A stretch of 31,073 nucleotides of DNA. It comes from an uncultured virus (IMG/VR IMGVR_UViG_3300030100_000622). Its lineage: Duplodnaviria; Heunggongvirae; Uroviricota; Caudoviricetes. How positions within the stretch are numbered: the stretch's first letter is position 1; the number at the start of each line of letters is the position of its first letter. Under the pieces are notes generated by a model. That model was not told the origin of the DNA, ran no database searches, and saw only the letters and a list, made by a program, of their open reading frames with translations. The stretch lies in the IMG/VR virus record IMGVR_UViG_3300030100_000622; one strand, written 5' to 3'. Both the position numbers and the translations under genes were made by a program. Shown one piece after another: positions 7,612-16,879 of this stretch.

Positions 7612-9708
7612 TTAATCCCCCTTTCTTTTTGCTCTTTCAGCCTCTCTTTTTTCTCTTTCGGCCCTTGCTCTTGCTTGATACTCTTTGCCGCCTAATTGTT
7701 GCTCATCGGTATAACCTTCTTCAGTCCAAGAAGTTTCTTCTTCACGATAATCATATTCTCTTCTGCCAGCATCGGGTCGAGTAGTATATTCTCCTGTTTC
7801 CTCTAAATCTTTTTTCTTTTGTTCAGGAGTTACCGTAGTATCAACTTCTGCACTTGGTATAGAATCTTCTGTTCTTTTAATAGCATCATTAATTGCAGGA
7901 ATTAAACCTGTAATTTCCCCAACAAGAATATTGGCTTGCTTAATATCAGATTCTTTTAATCCTAAATCTTCTAATTGTTTTGTTGCCATTTCTGGTAAAA
8001 TAGTTAGCATGTCTGTTATTCCTTTCATATCAACTCCTACCATTGTATCTCTTGAAGGCTGTTTTGCTTTACCTTGTTTGAGCCATTCTTTCCATTCTTT
8101 TTTGGCTTCTTCTCCCATATCTTCTATTTCTCTAAATAGTTTTTTAATTGAGCCAACAAGATTACTTAGCATTCTGCTTGATTCTGTCAAAGACGATGAT
8201 AAACTCTTAGATGGTAATTTTACTTCATCCGTTTTATCAATAAGAGCATCCATTTTTTCAACTATGCTGCTTAAATATCTCAAAAACTTAACATTAAATT
8301 TAGATAATAGCCCATCTATTTTTTTATTGTTTTCTTCTATTCTATCTGATACTTTACCTATTTCTTCTTTTATTTCTTTAGGCAAATTGTTTCTCATTTC
8401 TTGTATTCTGTCAAGTAACTCTGTAAAATATTCTGGAATATTTTCAATTTCTCCGAGTTCATCAATATCTAAAGGAGTTTCTTTTGCTCTTGGGTCAGCA
8501 GATGGTCTTTCTGTTCCTTCAGATATTGTTTTTCCTTGTTTATCTTTGCGAGTAGTTACTTTTCTTTTAGGAACAATTATCTTTTTACCCTCTTCTGTTT
8601 CTCTCACAACAAGATTAGATAGTTTAATTTTAATCTCTTTTACTTCATTAGCAATTCTATCTTCTATTTCTTGGCGAATAGTTTCTTCTGGCAATTCTTT
8701 CAAATTTTTATTATATTGTTTAATTTCTTCTAAATTATTTTCTAAAGATTCTAAGTAATTATTGGCACTTTTAATTGTTTGACGAAGATTTTTTCTCGCT
8801 CTCTTGTATGTTTCAACATGGCCTTTGGTATCTCTATCTTTGAGCCTTTGTCGTAAATTAGACAAATCTCTTCTTACGGCTGGAATATTTTGTAAAGCCT
8901 TTGGTTCAGCATTAAACTTCTCTAAATGAATTTCACCAAGCGTAGTCAATAAATCAACATCATGGTTATCTAATTTAGCCTTAGATAATTCTAATAGAGT
9001 ATTATTCATATCGTGAATGTTTATTTCTCTTTTGCTTTTTTTCTTTGTATATTGATTCTTTTTCTTTTTATACATTTTACCAGAATAAATAGGAAAATCT
9101 CCGCCTTCAGTAAATTCACTTGCTCTTTTAATCAGATAATTACCTTCTTTCTTTAGAGCAACCAAAGTAGTTATGAGTCTCTCAGATTTAGTTTTAGTCA
9201 CATTTTTATATGGACTTTGGCCAGAAATTACTTTTTGGTCGGAAACAGGTTGAGTTATTTGAATAGTCCTAATCATTTCTCTTAATTTAGGAATTAATTC
9301 TTCATAGGTCAAGATTTCTCTTTGAAGTGAATTCTGCCTATTTGCTTCTCCGGTTTTTTGCCTTGCTTCTGCTGAAATTGCTTCTGCTGAACCTTCATCC
9401 ATTAACCTTCGTTGCTCGACTTCTGAAATATCCCCTCTCCCTCTTTTTGCATCGGCTCGCCTTTGAGTACCATAGCCGGTTCGATAGCGAACATCTCCCT
9501 CTAATTCACCATAATCTTCTTCTTTTTTAGCAATAGAGATATACTTTCTATATTGAAACATATTAGAAGGATTAATGTTTTTAATCAAAGACTTCTTGAT
9601 TTCTCCGGCACTTGCCTTAGCAGTAACTAACTCTCTTGTTTCATCATCCAATTCAACTTTACTTAGAACATAAAGTAAAGATTTATCTTTAGACAATTCA
9701 AAAAACAT
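7612..9708 (-). CDS. Large charged coiled-coil hypothetical protein
   Basis: 698-aa ORF, GAGGTGA RBS, K/E-rich heptads; no family recognised. Confidence 0.8.
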   Translation of the reverse strand: MFFELSKDKSLLYVLSKVELDDETRELVTAKASAGEIKKSLIKNINPSNMFQYRKYISIAKKEEDYGELEGDVRYRTGYGTQRRADAKRGRGDISEVEQRRLMDEGSAEAISAEARQKTGEANRQNSLQREILTYEELIPKLREMIRTIQITQPVSDQKVISGQSPYKNVTKTKSERLITTLVALKKEGNYLIKRASEFTEGGDFPIYSGKMYKKKKNQYTKKKSKREINIHDMNNTLLELSKAKLDNHDVDLLTTLGEIHLEKFNAEPKALQNIPAVRRDLSNLRQRLKDRDTKGHVETYKRARKNLRQTIKSANNYLESLENNLEEIKQYNKNLKELPEETIRQEIEDRIANEVKEIKIKLSNLVVRETEEGKKIIVPKRKVTTRKDKQGKTISEGTERPSADPRAKETPLDIDELGEIENIPEYFTELLDRIQEMRNNLPKEIKEEIGKVSDRIEENNKKIDGLLSKFNVKFLRYLSSIVEKMDALIDKTDEVKLPSKSLSSSLTESSRMLSNLVGSIKKLFREIEDMGEEAKKEWKEWLKQGKAKQPSRDTMVGVDMKGITDMLTILPEMATKQLEDLGLKESDIKQANILVGEITGLIPAINDAIKRTEDSIPSAEVDTTVTPEQKKKDLEETGEYTTRPDAGRREYDYREEETSWTEEGYTDEQQLGGKEYQARARAEREKREAERAKRKGD

Positions 9709-9717
9709 TTAGTCACC

Positions 9718-9942
9718 TCAGAATGGAATATTTTCTTTTTTGTTTCTGTGCTTTGGTGGCAGTGTAACTACATCGGGAACATCTGCTGAAACAGGTTTAG
9801 CCTTATGTGTAGTATCTTGCGGTACTCCAACGCTGAAGTCCTTTGTCTTTCTTAATTTGGTATCAGCGTTAGCGTTTATTGCTTTCACTTGTGCCAATTC
9901 TTTTTTCAATCTTATTTCTTTTTGTCTTAAATCTTCTGTCAT
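9718..9942 (-). CDS. Hypothetical protein
   Basis: 74 aa; TAATG overlap with the upstream gene. Confidence 0.7.
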   Translation of the reverse strand: MTEDLRQKEIRLKKELAQVKAINANADTKLRKTKDFSVGVPQDTTHKAKPVSADVPDVVTLPPKHRNKKENIPF

Positions 9943-10307
9943 TATTCCACCAACCTATTTGGGTCTATGCTATCAAAGCCATGTTCATCATCAAAGTAGT
10001 CGCTATATCCCTTATATCCACCAAGAGTACCTTTGTAAATAGCAATTATGCTTTTGCTACTTGGTATATCAACAATATAATCATCAATTTTGATTCCCAT
10101 TTCTTTTAATTTATCGAATGCTCTTACTTGCAGATTTCCATGATTGTCTGATAAATCCACTTTTAATTGATATTCTGGCGGATTGTATCTGTAAAACTGA
10201 GAATATCCTGATGTATGACCTTGCTTTATCTCAGAAATTCTTTTTTCAATAAACTCTTCTAAACTTATTGCTTGTTTCTCTTCTTTTAGTATATCTTGCC
10301 AAGTCAT
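9942..10307 (-). CDS. W-tagged hypothetical protein (121 aa)
   Basis: Start corrected to MTWQDILKE at 10307, 1 nt after the portal stop. Confidence 0.75.
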   Translation of the reverse strand: MTWQDILKEEKQAISLEEFIEKRISEIKQGHTSGYSQFYRYNPPEYQLKVDLSDNHGNLQVRAFDKLKEMGIKIDDYIVDIPSSKSIIAIYKGTLGGYKGYSDYFDDEHGFDSIDPNRLVE

Positions 10308-10308
10308 A

Positions 10309-11943
10309 TCAACCAACTCTTCTTTCTGTTCTTCTATCCACATTCTGATTTCCAGCATCCTTTGGTAATCCCGCTAATCTTTTATCCGGCCCTTCGCTCA
10401 TTGATGGTTTATTTCTTGTTGCCGGTGGATTTTCTTGAGGCTTGCTTTGCATCATTTGTTCTTGCATTTGGCCCATCTGTGAAGCATCTATGTTAGTTCC
10501 AGCGTATTGGTCTAATTCAACCTTTCCCTCTTCATCGGGTGATTCGCCGCCTTCGGGTTCTTTTGGTTCTGGCTTCTTAAATGTAAATTGTCCATCCTCA
10601 TCCATATCAACTTCAAATCCTAAGTTTTTGGTAGCGGCGGCAATATTGACTTCAATCTCTCTTTTACGAAGAACAGCAATTTCATCTTCTTCTTCGCTTG
10701 GTGGGAGTTTTAATTTCCAATCTGTAATTCCAAATTGCTTTACAAGGAATGGGAATACATATTCATTATACACATTTTGAGCCATTTGTACTGCTCGATT
10801 AGTTACAAGAATCTGCATACCTTCGTTATTCAAACCTCCACTTGTAGTGTTATCGGCCATGAATACTTTACTAACACCATAGAATGCTGATATTCTATCT
10901 CTCAAATCATCCTTGACTGAAACATAATCCATTTCCTTGAGGCTATCCATGAATTTAATCCATTCGACTGCACCCTTTCCATTTTCTGCCTCAATACCCA
11001 TTACAGGAATAAAGTGAGGGTCTTGTTCCATCTTTTCTTTGACTGCTCTCCAAAAAGATTTCATTGAATCCATATTTCTTGTTTGTACTGCCAGCAAACC
11101 TTTAGGCATTCGGCTCTTAGTATATGAAGAATTAACATAGTTTTCCATAGCAATTAAAGTCATTATGTTATTGTAAAGAGTAATAACAGGTGACATACCA
11201 TACAGTCGAGAAGGACTATATTTACTGAAATGCAATACTTCTCCTTTCAAGAAGTATTGGTCTTCTCCATTTACTCTATTGACATAATGAACGGGGAATA
11301 GATTAGCACCGCAAGTTTCACATCTTTCATGCGGTTCTGTTGCAAGCATGTTTCTATGATTAACACAAGTGAATCCCGTAGTACCTCTTTCTCCTAACTC
11401 ATCAGTGTAAATATACATAGTAACAGGGTCGCCTCTATACACTTCTTTGATTCTGTGCATTCTAATTTTACCGTTACCATCTATGAAGTATTCTTTTACT
11501 AAGACAATGTACGCATCATCCATGATATTCAAATCATCTTCTAATTCTCTAAGAACATCAATAAATAATTGCTCTGATTTATTGACATATCCTTCAATAA
11601 ACTTTTCAGCATATTCTAACTGTTTTACATCAGGAGTTTTCAAATCTGTGCTACCACATCGAGAACATTCTGCTACGGGTCTTTGATGTATTTTACCACA
11701 ATTGTTGCACTTTGCTTCGTATGCTTTTTCCCAGAGATAACCTCTTCTAAATATCTCCTGTTTCAATTGAGTAATACAAGTTCTCGCAATAACTGATTGA
11801 TTAATCAGATGATAGATTAGAGGGGCAGTCATCATATTTTGATTCTGCCTTTCTTGAATACCCATATTGAAGATTTTTCTATCAGCAGGTTTAGGAGTTT
11901 GCCTTCTAAATAAATTGGTTACGGAAAATCTTTTTTTAGCCAT
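10309..11943 (-). CDS. Portal protein with two Zn-ribbon insertions
   Basis: 544 aa; portal-like segments DAYIVLVK, EVLHF....RLYGMSPV, PKGLL, ISAFYGVS; GGAGGT RBS; lies between terminase and protease. Confidence 0.88.
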   Translation of the reverse strand: MAKKRFSVTNLFRRQTPKPADRKIFNMGIQERQNQNMMTAPLIYHLINQSVIARTCITQLKQEIFRRGYLWEKAYEAKCNNCGKIHQRPVAECSRCGSTDLKTPDVKQLEYAEKFIEGYVNKSEQLFIDVLRELEDDLNIMDDAYIVLVKEYFIDGNGKIRMHRIKEVYRGDPVTMYIYTDELGERGTTGFTCVNHRNMLATEPHERCETCGANLFPVHYVNRVNGEDQYFLKGEVLHFSKYSPSRLYGMSPVITLYNNIMTLIAMENYVNSSYTKSRMPKGLLAVQTRNMDSMKSFWRAVKEKMEQDPHFIPVMGIEAENGKGAVEWIKFMDSLKEMDYVSVKDDLRDRISAFYGVSKVFMADNTTSGGLNNEGMQILVTNRAVQMAQNVYNEYVFPFLVKQFGITDWKLKLPPSEEEDEIAVLRKREIEVNIAAATKNLGFEVDMDEDGQFTFKKPEPKEPEGGESPDEEGKVELDQYAGTNIDASQMGQMQEQMMQSKPQENPPATRNKPSMSEGPDKRLAGLPKDAGNQNVDRRTERRVG

Positions 11944-11947
11944 ATTA

Positions 11948-12097
11948 TTAAACCTCCTGTGATTTTTCTAAATCCTTTTCAGTTATCAATCCTTTCATAG
12001 ACTTAGGCCTACCATGCGCTACCCAACACTTTTCACAAAAGCCATGTGGTCGCAAGTCGGGTGTAGTATAACATAGCCCGCAGTATTGGAACTTCAT
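11948..12097 (-). CDS. Small Zn-finger protein (49 aa; below the ORF-track cutoff)
   Basis: MKFQYCGLCYTTPDLRPHGFCEKCWVAHG...; ATGA overlap with the upstream gene; fills the gap to the portal exactly. Confidence 0.65.
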   Translation of the reverse strand: MKFQYCGLCYTTPDLRPHGFCEKCWVAHGRPKSMKGLITEKDLEKSQEV

Positions 12098-12348
12098 AAA
12101 TCTTCACCTACTTTTCTAAATGTTTTTCTAATGTCACGCACAACTAAATTATATCTTCCCGATTTAGCAGGGGTAGCAGACACAAAGACCAGCCTTGTAG
12201 TGTCTGTTTTATTACTACGCACTGTTAATTTAACATGCTTGCTACCCATTTCTGCACCGATAATTTTAACGGGTAATCGAGATTCAACAAACTTTTGAAT
12301 TTGCCTAACTTCTTTTTTTGACGATTTTAGTATGTATTCCCATGCCAT
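12094..12348 (-). CDS. W-tagged HicA-like (dsRBD-fold) protein
   Basis: Start corrected to MAWEYILKS; GSKHVKL...VFVSATP...VRDIRK resembles HicA-type mRNA interferases. Confidence 0.55.
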   Translation of the reverse strand: MAWEYILKSSKKEVRQIQKFVESRLPVKIIGAEMGSKHVKLTVRSNKTDTTRLVFVSATPAKSGRYNLVVRDIRKTFRKVGEDL

Positions 12349-12352
12349 TGTA

Positions 12353-13987
12353 TCACAACACATCATAGTCGCTTGTAGGATTCAACCAATCCCTCTTCTC
12401 TCCTTCGGCAGTAATCTCATACCAAATGTAACCACTAATCCATCCTATATTATCACCCATCCAATCTAACAACTTATCTTCAATAGATTCTTGGTCTTCA
12501 TCTTCATCAATATTTAATTCTTTAGCAGTAAGGAAAACATTCAATTCAATATCTTCCATAGGGTCATCTTCTGTTGAATAAGACTCAATCACAAAGGTTC
12601 TCTCTTGTTGCTTAACTATTGTGCCACCAATATTTTCTAACTCATCCATAACCGACATTTTACAATTACCTTGTAATTTTGAAATATCATCTAAGTTAAT
12701 ATTTTCCTTTGAGAAATCAAACCCAACATGGTCTTTATGGTTCTCCCATTTCATCAATTTGAAAATTTCATCACATCTTTGCTTATACCAATCTGCCTTC
12801 TTGTATGATTTTTTCATACGAATTAACTCTAACAATAATTCAGCATTACCCTTCTTCATTCGGAAATGTGGCAAACACTTGGTTAATAATTTAGAAACAT
12901 CATCCTGTGAATAGAAATTCAAACGATTTACCGGCCTTGTGTCCTGTGGAGATTTTTGGTCTAAATGTAATCGACCAAAACCAATGGACTTGTGCATTTC
13001 ATACATGAAAGTCTTACCTCTCTCCCCTGTTGCGACTAATCCGACTCTTGGATTCATGTTACGGTCAAGAGTAATATATCCATCAGAATCAATAAATGCC
13101 GCAGTATAAGCCCACACATTCTTCTTTAACATACTCGGCATCTTGTAATAACTACCATTGTAACAAGCAATATCTAACTTGTTTATGCTTTTAGATATGG
13201 AATTACTGTTAGTAATTTTGAACAAATCTGAAGGCATTCTTTCATGTATTCCTTTAGCATTTATGCCCGGATTTTCACACACCATTTTTAGAATGAAGTC
13301 ATTCTGTCTGTCTTTTTTAGATTTAGTTAAAGACTGATTAGAAATTTTAGAAATAACATTTCTGAATTCTTTTTTGCTGGCTCTCATGGTTTTGAATAAG
13401 TCACTATATTCTTTTCCATAGACCATCCCATTCTGTTCTAATTCAGCCTCCCAATATTTACACAAGGCATCAACTACTTCTCTTCGAGTTTCAACATCAG
13501 TCATTTTGTTTAACTTTTGTAAATCTTTTTCACTAAATCTCATTTTATTTAGAGGCACTCGATATGGATTAAGCCAAGTAATAGAATCTATACACTTTTG
13601 TAAATGGTCTGAATAAGCATCAATCATAGTATCAATAGCCTTTGCCATTTTTATTCTCTGTTCTCCCTTTAATTCTCTTCGAGCCTTTCTCATTTTTTTA
13701 ATTAGGTCGGGAACTGTTTGGTCTTGAACAATGTATTCATTAGGAAAATTAACTAATTGTTTTCTTGCCTCGGTAGCATTAATTCCATGGGTTTCTGATA
13801 ATTTAGAAATCTCTTCATGTTGTGACATAACATAGGTATCAAATGAAGTAGCAACCTCACTTTCTTCGGTTGGTGCGGTTAATTCTTCTTGCATTTCTTG
13901 AAAAGTTTCTTTCTCTTCTTCTTTTATTCTGTCAAGATTGTCTGCAAACTCTCTTAATTTATCCGGTAATTCTTTTCTTAATGTCAT
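12353..13987 (-). CDS. Multidomain protein with LAGLIDADG endonuclease-like domain
   Basis: AYTAAFIDSDGYI motif, then IGFGRL and LLTKCLPHFRMKKGNAELLL typical of LAGLIDADG domains; preceded by a helical region and a wHTH-like segment (ENPGINAKGIH). Confidence 0.75.
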   Translation of the reverse strand: MTLRKELPDKLREFADNLDRIKEEEKETFQEMQEELTAPTEESEVATSFDTYVMSQHEEISKLSETHGINATEARKQLVNFPNEYIVQDQTVPDLIKKMRKARRELKGEQRIKMAKAIDTMIDAYSDHLQKCIDSITWLNPYRVPLNKMRFSEKDLQKLNKMTDVETRREVVDALCKYWEAELEQNGMVYGKEYSDLFKTMRASKKEFRNVISKISNQSLTKSKKDRQNDFILKMVCENPGINAKGIHERMPSDLFKITNSNSISKSINKLDIACYNGSYYKMPSMLKKNVWAYTAAFIDSDGYITLDRNMNPRVGLVATGERGKTFMYEMHKSIGFGRLHLDQKSPQDTRPVNRLNFYSQDDVSKLLTKCLPHFRMKKGNAELLLELIRMKKSYKKADWYKQRCDEIFKLMKWENHKDHVGFDFSKENINLDDISKLQGNCKMSVMDELENIGGTIVKQQERTFVIESYSTEDDPMEDIELNVFLTAKELNIDEDEDQESIEDKLLDWMGDNIGWISGYIWYEITAEGEKRDWLNPTSDYDVL

Positions 13988-13996
13988 ATAATCACC

Positions 13997-15418
13997 TCAA
14001 AAGTTTAGCCCCAATGTATTGCCAGAACGGTTAGAAATCTTATCATCAAACAAACCTAAATCATCGAGTAGTATGAAGTTATCTGTGGCTTGGTATGTTG
14101 CGGCATTAGCCAATGCAAGGCTCATTACCATGTCATCATGTGCGCCAATTCCTTCAAACTTGCCCTTGTCGGTAATAGCAAACATAGACAATTCTTCAAT
14201 CAATGTTGAAGTTACTCTTCTGCTTTCTTCATTACCATAAGGAAAATTCATCTTTGAGTTTTCAAGAGTCATTTGAAGATTCAAAATAATTTCCTGTTTC
14301 TTTCTTCGAGTCGTGTTAAAGTCATGCACATTCAAATCTGCTACCTGCCTCAACTCTTGAGTAAAAGACTTAGCAAAAGTATTGGTTTCAAAAAGAATAG
14401 CCTCCGGTCTAAACATTTGACCTATGAGTTTGACCTTCTGAATATTCTCTCTAAACTCGACATTCTTTGCTCGGTCAATATATACAATGGATTTGTTTTC
14501 ATTCTCATCCATTTCTAAAACAGTAATCACATTATAGTCGCCATCGGTTGAAATAGCAGGGTCAACCCCAACGAAATATTTGTAGCCTTCACGCTTCATT
14601 GGCTTCAATACCAAATCCTTATTCTTAGCATTATCAAGATATTCTGGATTGAATAGAGAAGTACCTGTTGAAATTGGTACACACATATATTCTCTTGTGA
14701 ACATGAGAGAACCAACTTCAGCCTTACGAGCCATCAGTGCATCGTAATTCCAACGGGCTGGCCATAGCGGTTCATTTAAGGAATTCAAGCAAGGATATGT
14801 ACGAACAGTATATGCGGCATTTTCTGACAACTGAGCATAAATATCTGTATAACTGAAAGGAGTACCTATTACTCTTAGAGAAGCCGTATGGTGAAGCGTT
14901 GGTATCATGTCACCATAAAACCAATCAGTTACCTTTTGAATACCTGTCATACTAAACTCTTTCAAAGGGTCGTCAATAATAATTTCTTGAGGGTGCAATC
15001 CACGAATCTGAGAACCAACTGACCTCTCAAGAATCTGATTCCCATTGGTTAGAGTAATGTTTCCAATAGCCCAACCCCTTGCAGGTTTGTATTTTTTTAA
15101 CATGGGGTGCTGAAACATTTTATCAATATCTCTCATGTGAACCAATGTCTGTTTTTGGTTAGATGAAATGTATAGCATTTGATATGGGGGTTCTTCAAAA
15201 ATTAATTTCCAAACAACCCAACTGTGCATAAATACTGATTTACCATGGTCACGACTACAAATAATAACTGTTCTTTGTGTACTATTCATTAAGTCATGCC
15301 ATTCACTAATATAAGAAGGAAAATCAAACCCTAATACATTTTGAAAAAAATATGGAAAAGAGTTTTTAGATAACTCCATATCCATTTGATGTTCAAAATT
15401 TAAGGCTTCTAATTCCAT
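13997..15418 (-). CDS. terL: Terminase large subunit
   Basis: Walker A SRDHGKS, Walker B IIIDD, coupling motif IGTP, RNase H-like nuclease GVDPA...HDDMVMSLALA. Confidence 0.95.
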   Translation of the reverse strand: MELEALNFEHQMDMELSKNSFPYFFQNVLGFDFPSYISEWHDLMNSTQRTVIICSRDHGKSVFMHSWVVWKLIFEEPPYQMLYISSNQKQTLVHMRDIDKMFQHPMLKKYKPARGWAIGNITLTNGNQILERSVGSQIRGLHPQEIIIDDPLKEFSMTGIQKVTDWFYGDMIPTLHHTASLRVIGTPFSYTDIYAQLSENAAYTVRTYPCLNSLNEPLWPARWNYDALMARKAEVGSLMFTREYMCVPISTGTSLFNPEYLDNAKNKDLVLKPMKREGYKYFVGVDPAISTDGDYNVITVLEMDENENKSIVYIDRAKNVEFRENIQKVKLIGQMFRPEAILFETNTFAKSFTQELRQVADLNVHDFNTTRRKKQEIILNLQMTLENSKMNFPYGNEESRRVTSTLIEELSMFAITDKGKFEGIGAHDDMVMSLALANAATYQATDNFILLDDLGLFDDKISNRSGNTLGLNF

Positions 15419-15420
15419 CC

Positions 15421-15831
15421 TTATTCCTCTTTATCTTCTCTTTTCATTTGGTTCTTTTTGGATTTCTCATCCTTTGTGATTGGGCCACCTTTAGCCCATG
15501 TATAACAAGTCCTATCTTCATGGCATTTGAAATCGTGCATCCAACAATATCCTAAGCCGCCTTTTACATCTTCAATAGGCATACAGTCTTTCATTCGTGG
15601 ACTAATATCAAAAGCAATACAATTTGAGCATTTAGATTTTTTAGCGGCCTCAACTGATGTGTCCCAATGTTCCGCTACTTTGTCCCAATAATCAGCCGGT
15701 TCATCTATATTCAAAGGCCCGTATTTAATATCCTCATCTTTGATAGCCGCATTTCTATTCTTAGTGTTCAGTTTAAGATTCTGTGTTGCCGCAGGGCAAG
15801 CCAATTGTTTTAAGATAATTTCCCAACTCAT
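15421..15831 (-). CDS. W-tagged Cys-rich metal-binding protein
   Basis: MSWEIILKQ; CSNC...GYCWMHDFKC....TC..W. Confidence 0.75.
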   Translation of the reverse strand: MSWEIILKQLACPAATQNLKLNTKNRNAAIKDEDIKYGPLNIDEPADYWDKVAEHWDTSVEAAKKSKCSNCIAFDISPRMKDCMPIEDVKGGLGYCWMHDFKCHEDRTCYTWAKGGPITKDEKSKKNQMKREDKEE

Positions 15832-16184
15832 CTTGTGAACCCCCTCCCTCGACTTGGTTTATGTGTGTAAATATCTCCGTCTTTGTGAATAAATATCTTT
15901 CCTTCTTTTACCATGCGGTCAAGAGTTTCTTTTAGATTAGGAATACCCTTTAGGTTTTTCATACCTAATGCACCGCCTTCTTTCTGAATTTCACGAAGAA
16001 TCATTTTTTCAGGATTTTCTTTGTTTAAGAGTTTGAAATCGTTTCCGGTAATTTTACCATCTTTATCTGCATCAATTCTTTTCTGATTACCAATAAGTTT
16101 CTTCTCGAATTCTTCTTTTTCAGAATCTAACTTGCTGGTATTACAGTGCGCTTTTTCTGTTTTTAGTATGTCTTTCCATGTCAT
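15828..16184 (-). CDS. W-tagged protein with EF-hand-like loop and C-terminal wHTH-like segment
   Basis: MTWKDILKT; DADKDGKITGND fits the DxDxDGxI Ca-binding loop. Confidence 0.7.
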   Translation of the reverse strand: MTWKDILKTEKAHCNTSKLDSEKEEFEKKLIGNQKRIDADKDGKITGNDFKLLNKENPEKMILREIQKEGGALGMKNLKGIPNLKETLDRMVKEGKIFIHKDGDIYTHKPSRGRGFTR

Positions 16185-16600
16185 TTTCCTTTTCTCCTTT
16201 TGTATGTTTTACATGCCGCACAGGTAGGGCGGCATCTTTGTTTTGTTCCTTTAGAAGCATCTTTTCTCCCGCAAGGTTTTGTTCCTTTTTTATCATCTTC
16301 ACAAGATTGACAGGAAACCCAACCCTTTTGTCCATCTCCACCTCTTCTTGAAAACCAACCGTGTAATCCCGATTCTTTTTCTCTTTTGAAATTATCTCCA
16401 CCTTTTTTTACAGAGTTACCCCAATTCTTTGCACCGACTTTACGACATTGTACTAATGCCCCACTTGCGTATGCTGAAGGCCACTTTTTGTAGCGACTAC
16501 GGACTTTGTAATAACAAGCATCTTGTTTTTTACCCGACCTCTGGGTTCTCCTTCTTCGGAGTTTTTTCTTTTTTGCTTTCAAAATATCTTGCCAAGTCAT
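16181..16600 (-). CDS. W-tagged highly basic two-module protein
   Basis: MTWQDILKA; modules DACYYKVRSRYKKWPSAYASGALVQCRK and GLHGWF...KPCGR...CRP. Confidence 0.75.
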   Translation of the reverse strand: MTWQDILKAKKKKLRRRRTQRSGKKQDACYYKVRSRYKKWPSAYASGALVQCRKVGAKNWGNSVKKGGDNFKREKESGLHGWFSRRGGDGQKGWVSCQSCEDDKKGTKPCGRKDASKGTKQRCRPTCAACKTYKRRKGK

Positions 16601-16602
16601 CT

Positions 16603-16875
16603 TCATCCCTCTTGACCTTCATATTCAGTAACTAATTTTTTAATGGTTGAAGATATTTTTCTTATATCTGCCGCAAGTTTTTGATATTGCTTGGCCCTTC
16701 TTTTGTCTATATATGGAAACTGCCCCTCTAATTCGGGTACAAACCTATTAACTGCTCCATGAAATCCGGTTTTAGAAAAATTTGTTCTTAGTAATTTAGC
16801 AACATCTTTTCTCGGATATTGAATTGGATTTGCCAAGTCTATTCTCTCGGCTTTTATTATATCTCGCCAACTCAT
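16603..16875 (-). CDS. W-tagged hypothetical protein
   Basis: MSWRDIIKA, 90 aa. Confidence 0.75.
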   Translation of the reverse strand: MSWRDIIKAERIDLANPIQYPRKDVAKLLRTNFSKTGFHGAVNRFVPELEGQFPYIDKRRAKQYQKLAADIRKISSTIKKLVTEYEGQEG

Positions 16876-16879
16876 AATA

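Noticed and set aside
7931..8758. 275-aa plus-strand ORF, and the many other short plus-strand ORFs in 1-29000
   Set aside because: Antisense shadows of K/E-rich minus-strand genes (Ser/Leu/Phe/Ile-rich translations, no RBS)
12353..13987. Intein or group I intron hosting the LAGLIDADG domain
   Set aside because: No block A/B or C-terminal HN-C/S/T splice motifs, and the neighbouring terL and portal genes are uninterrupted
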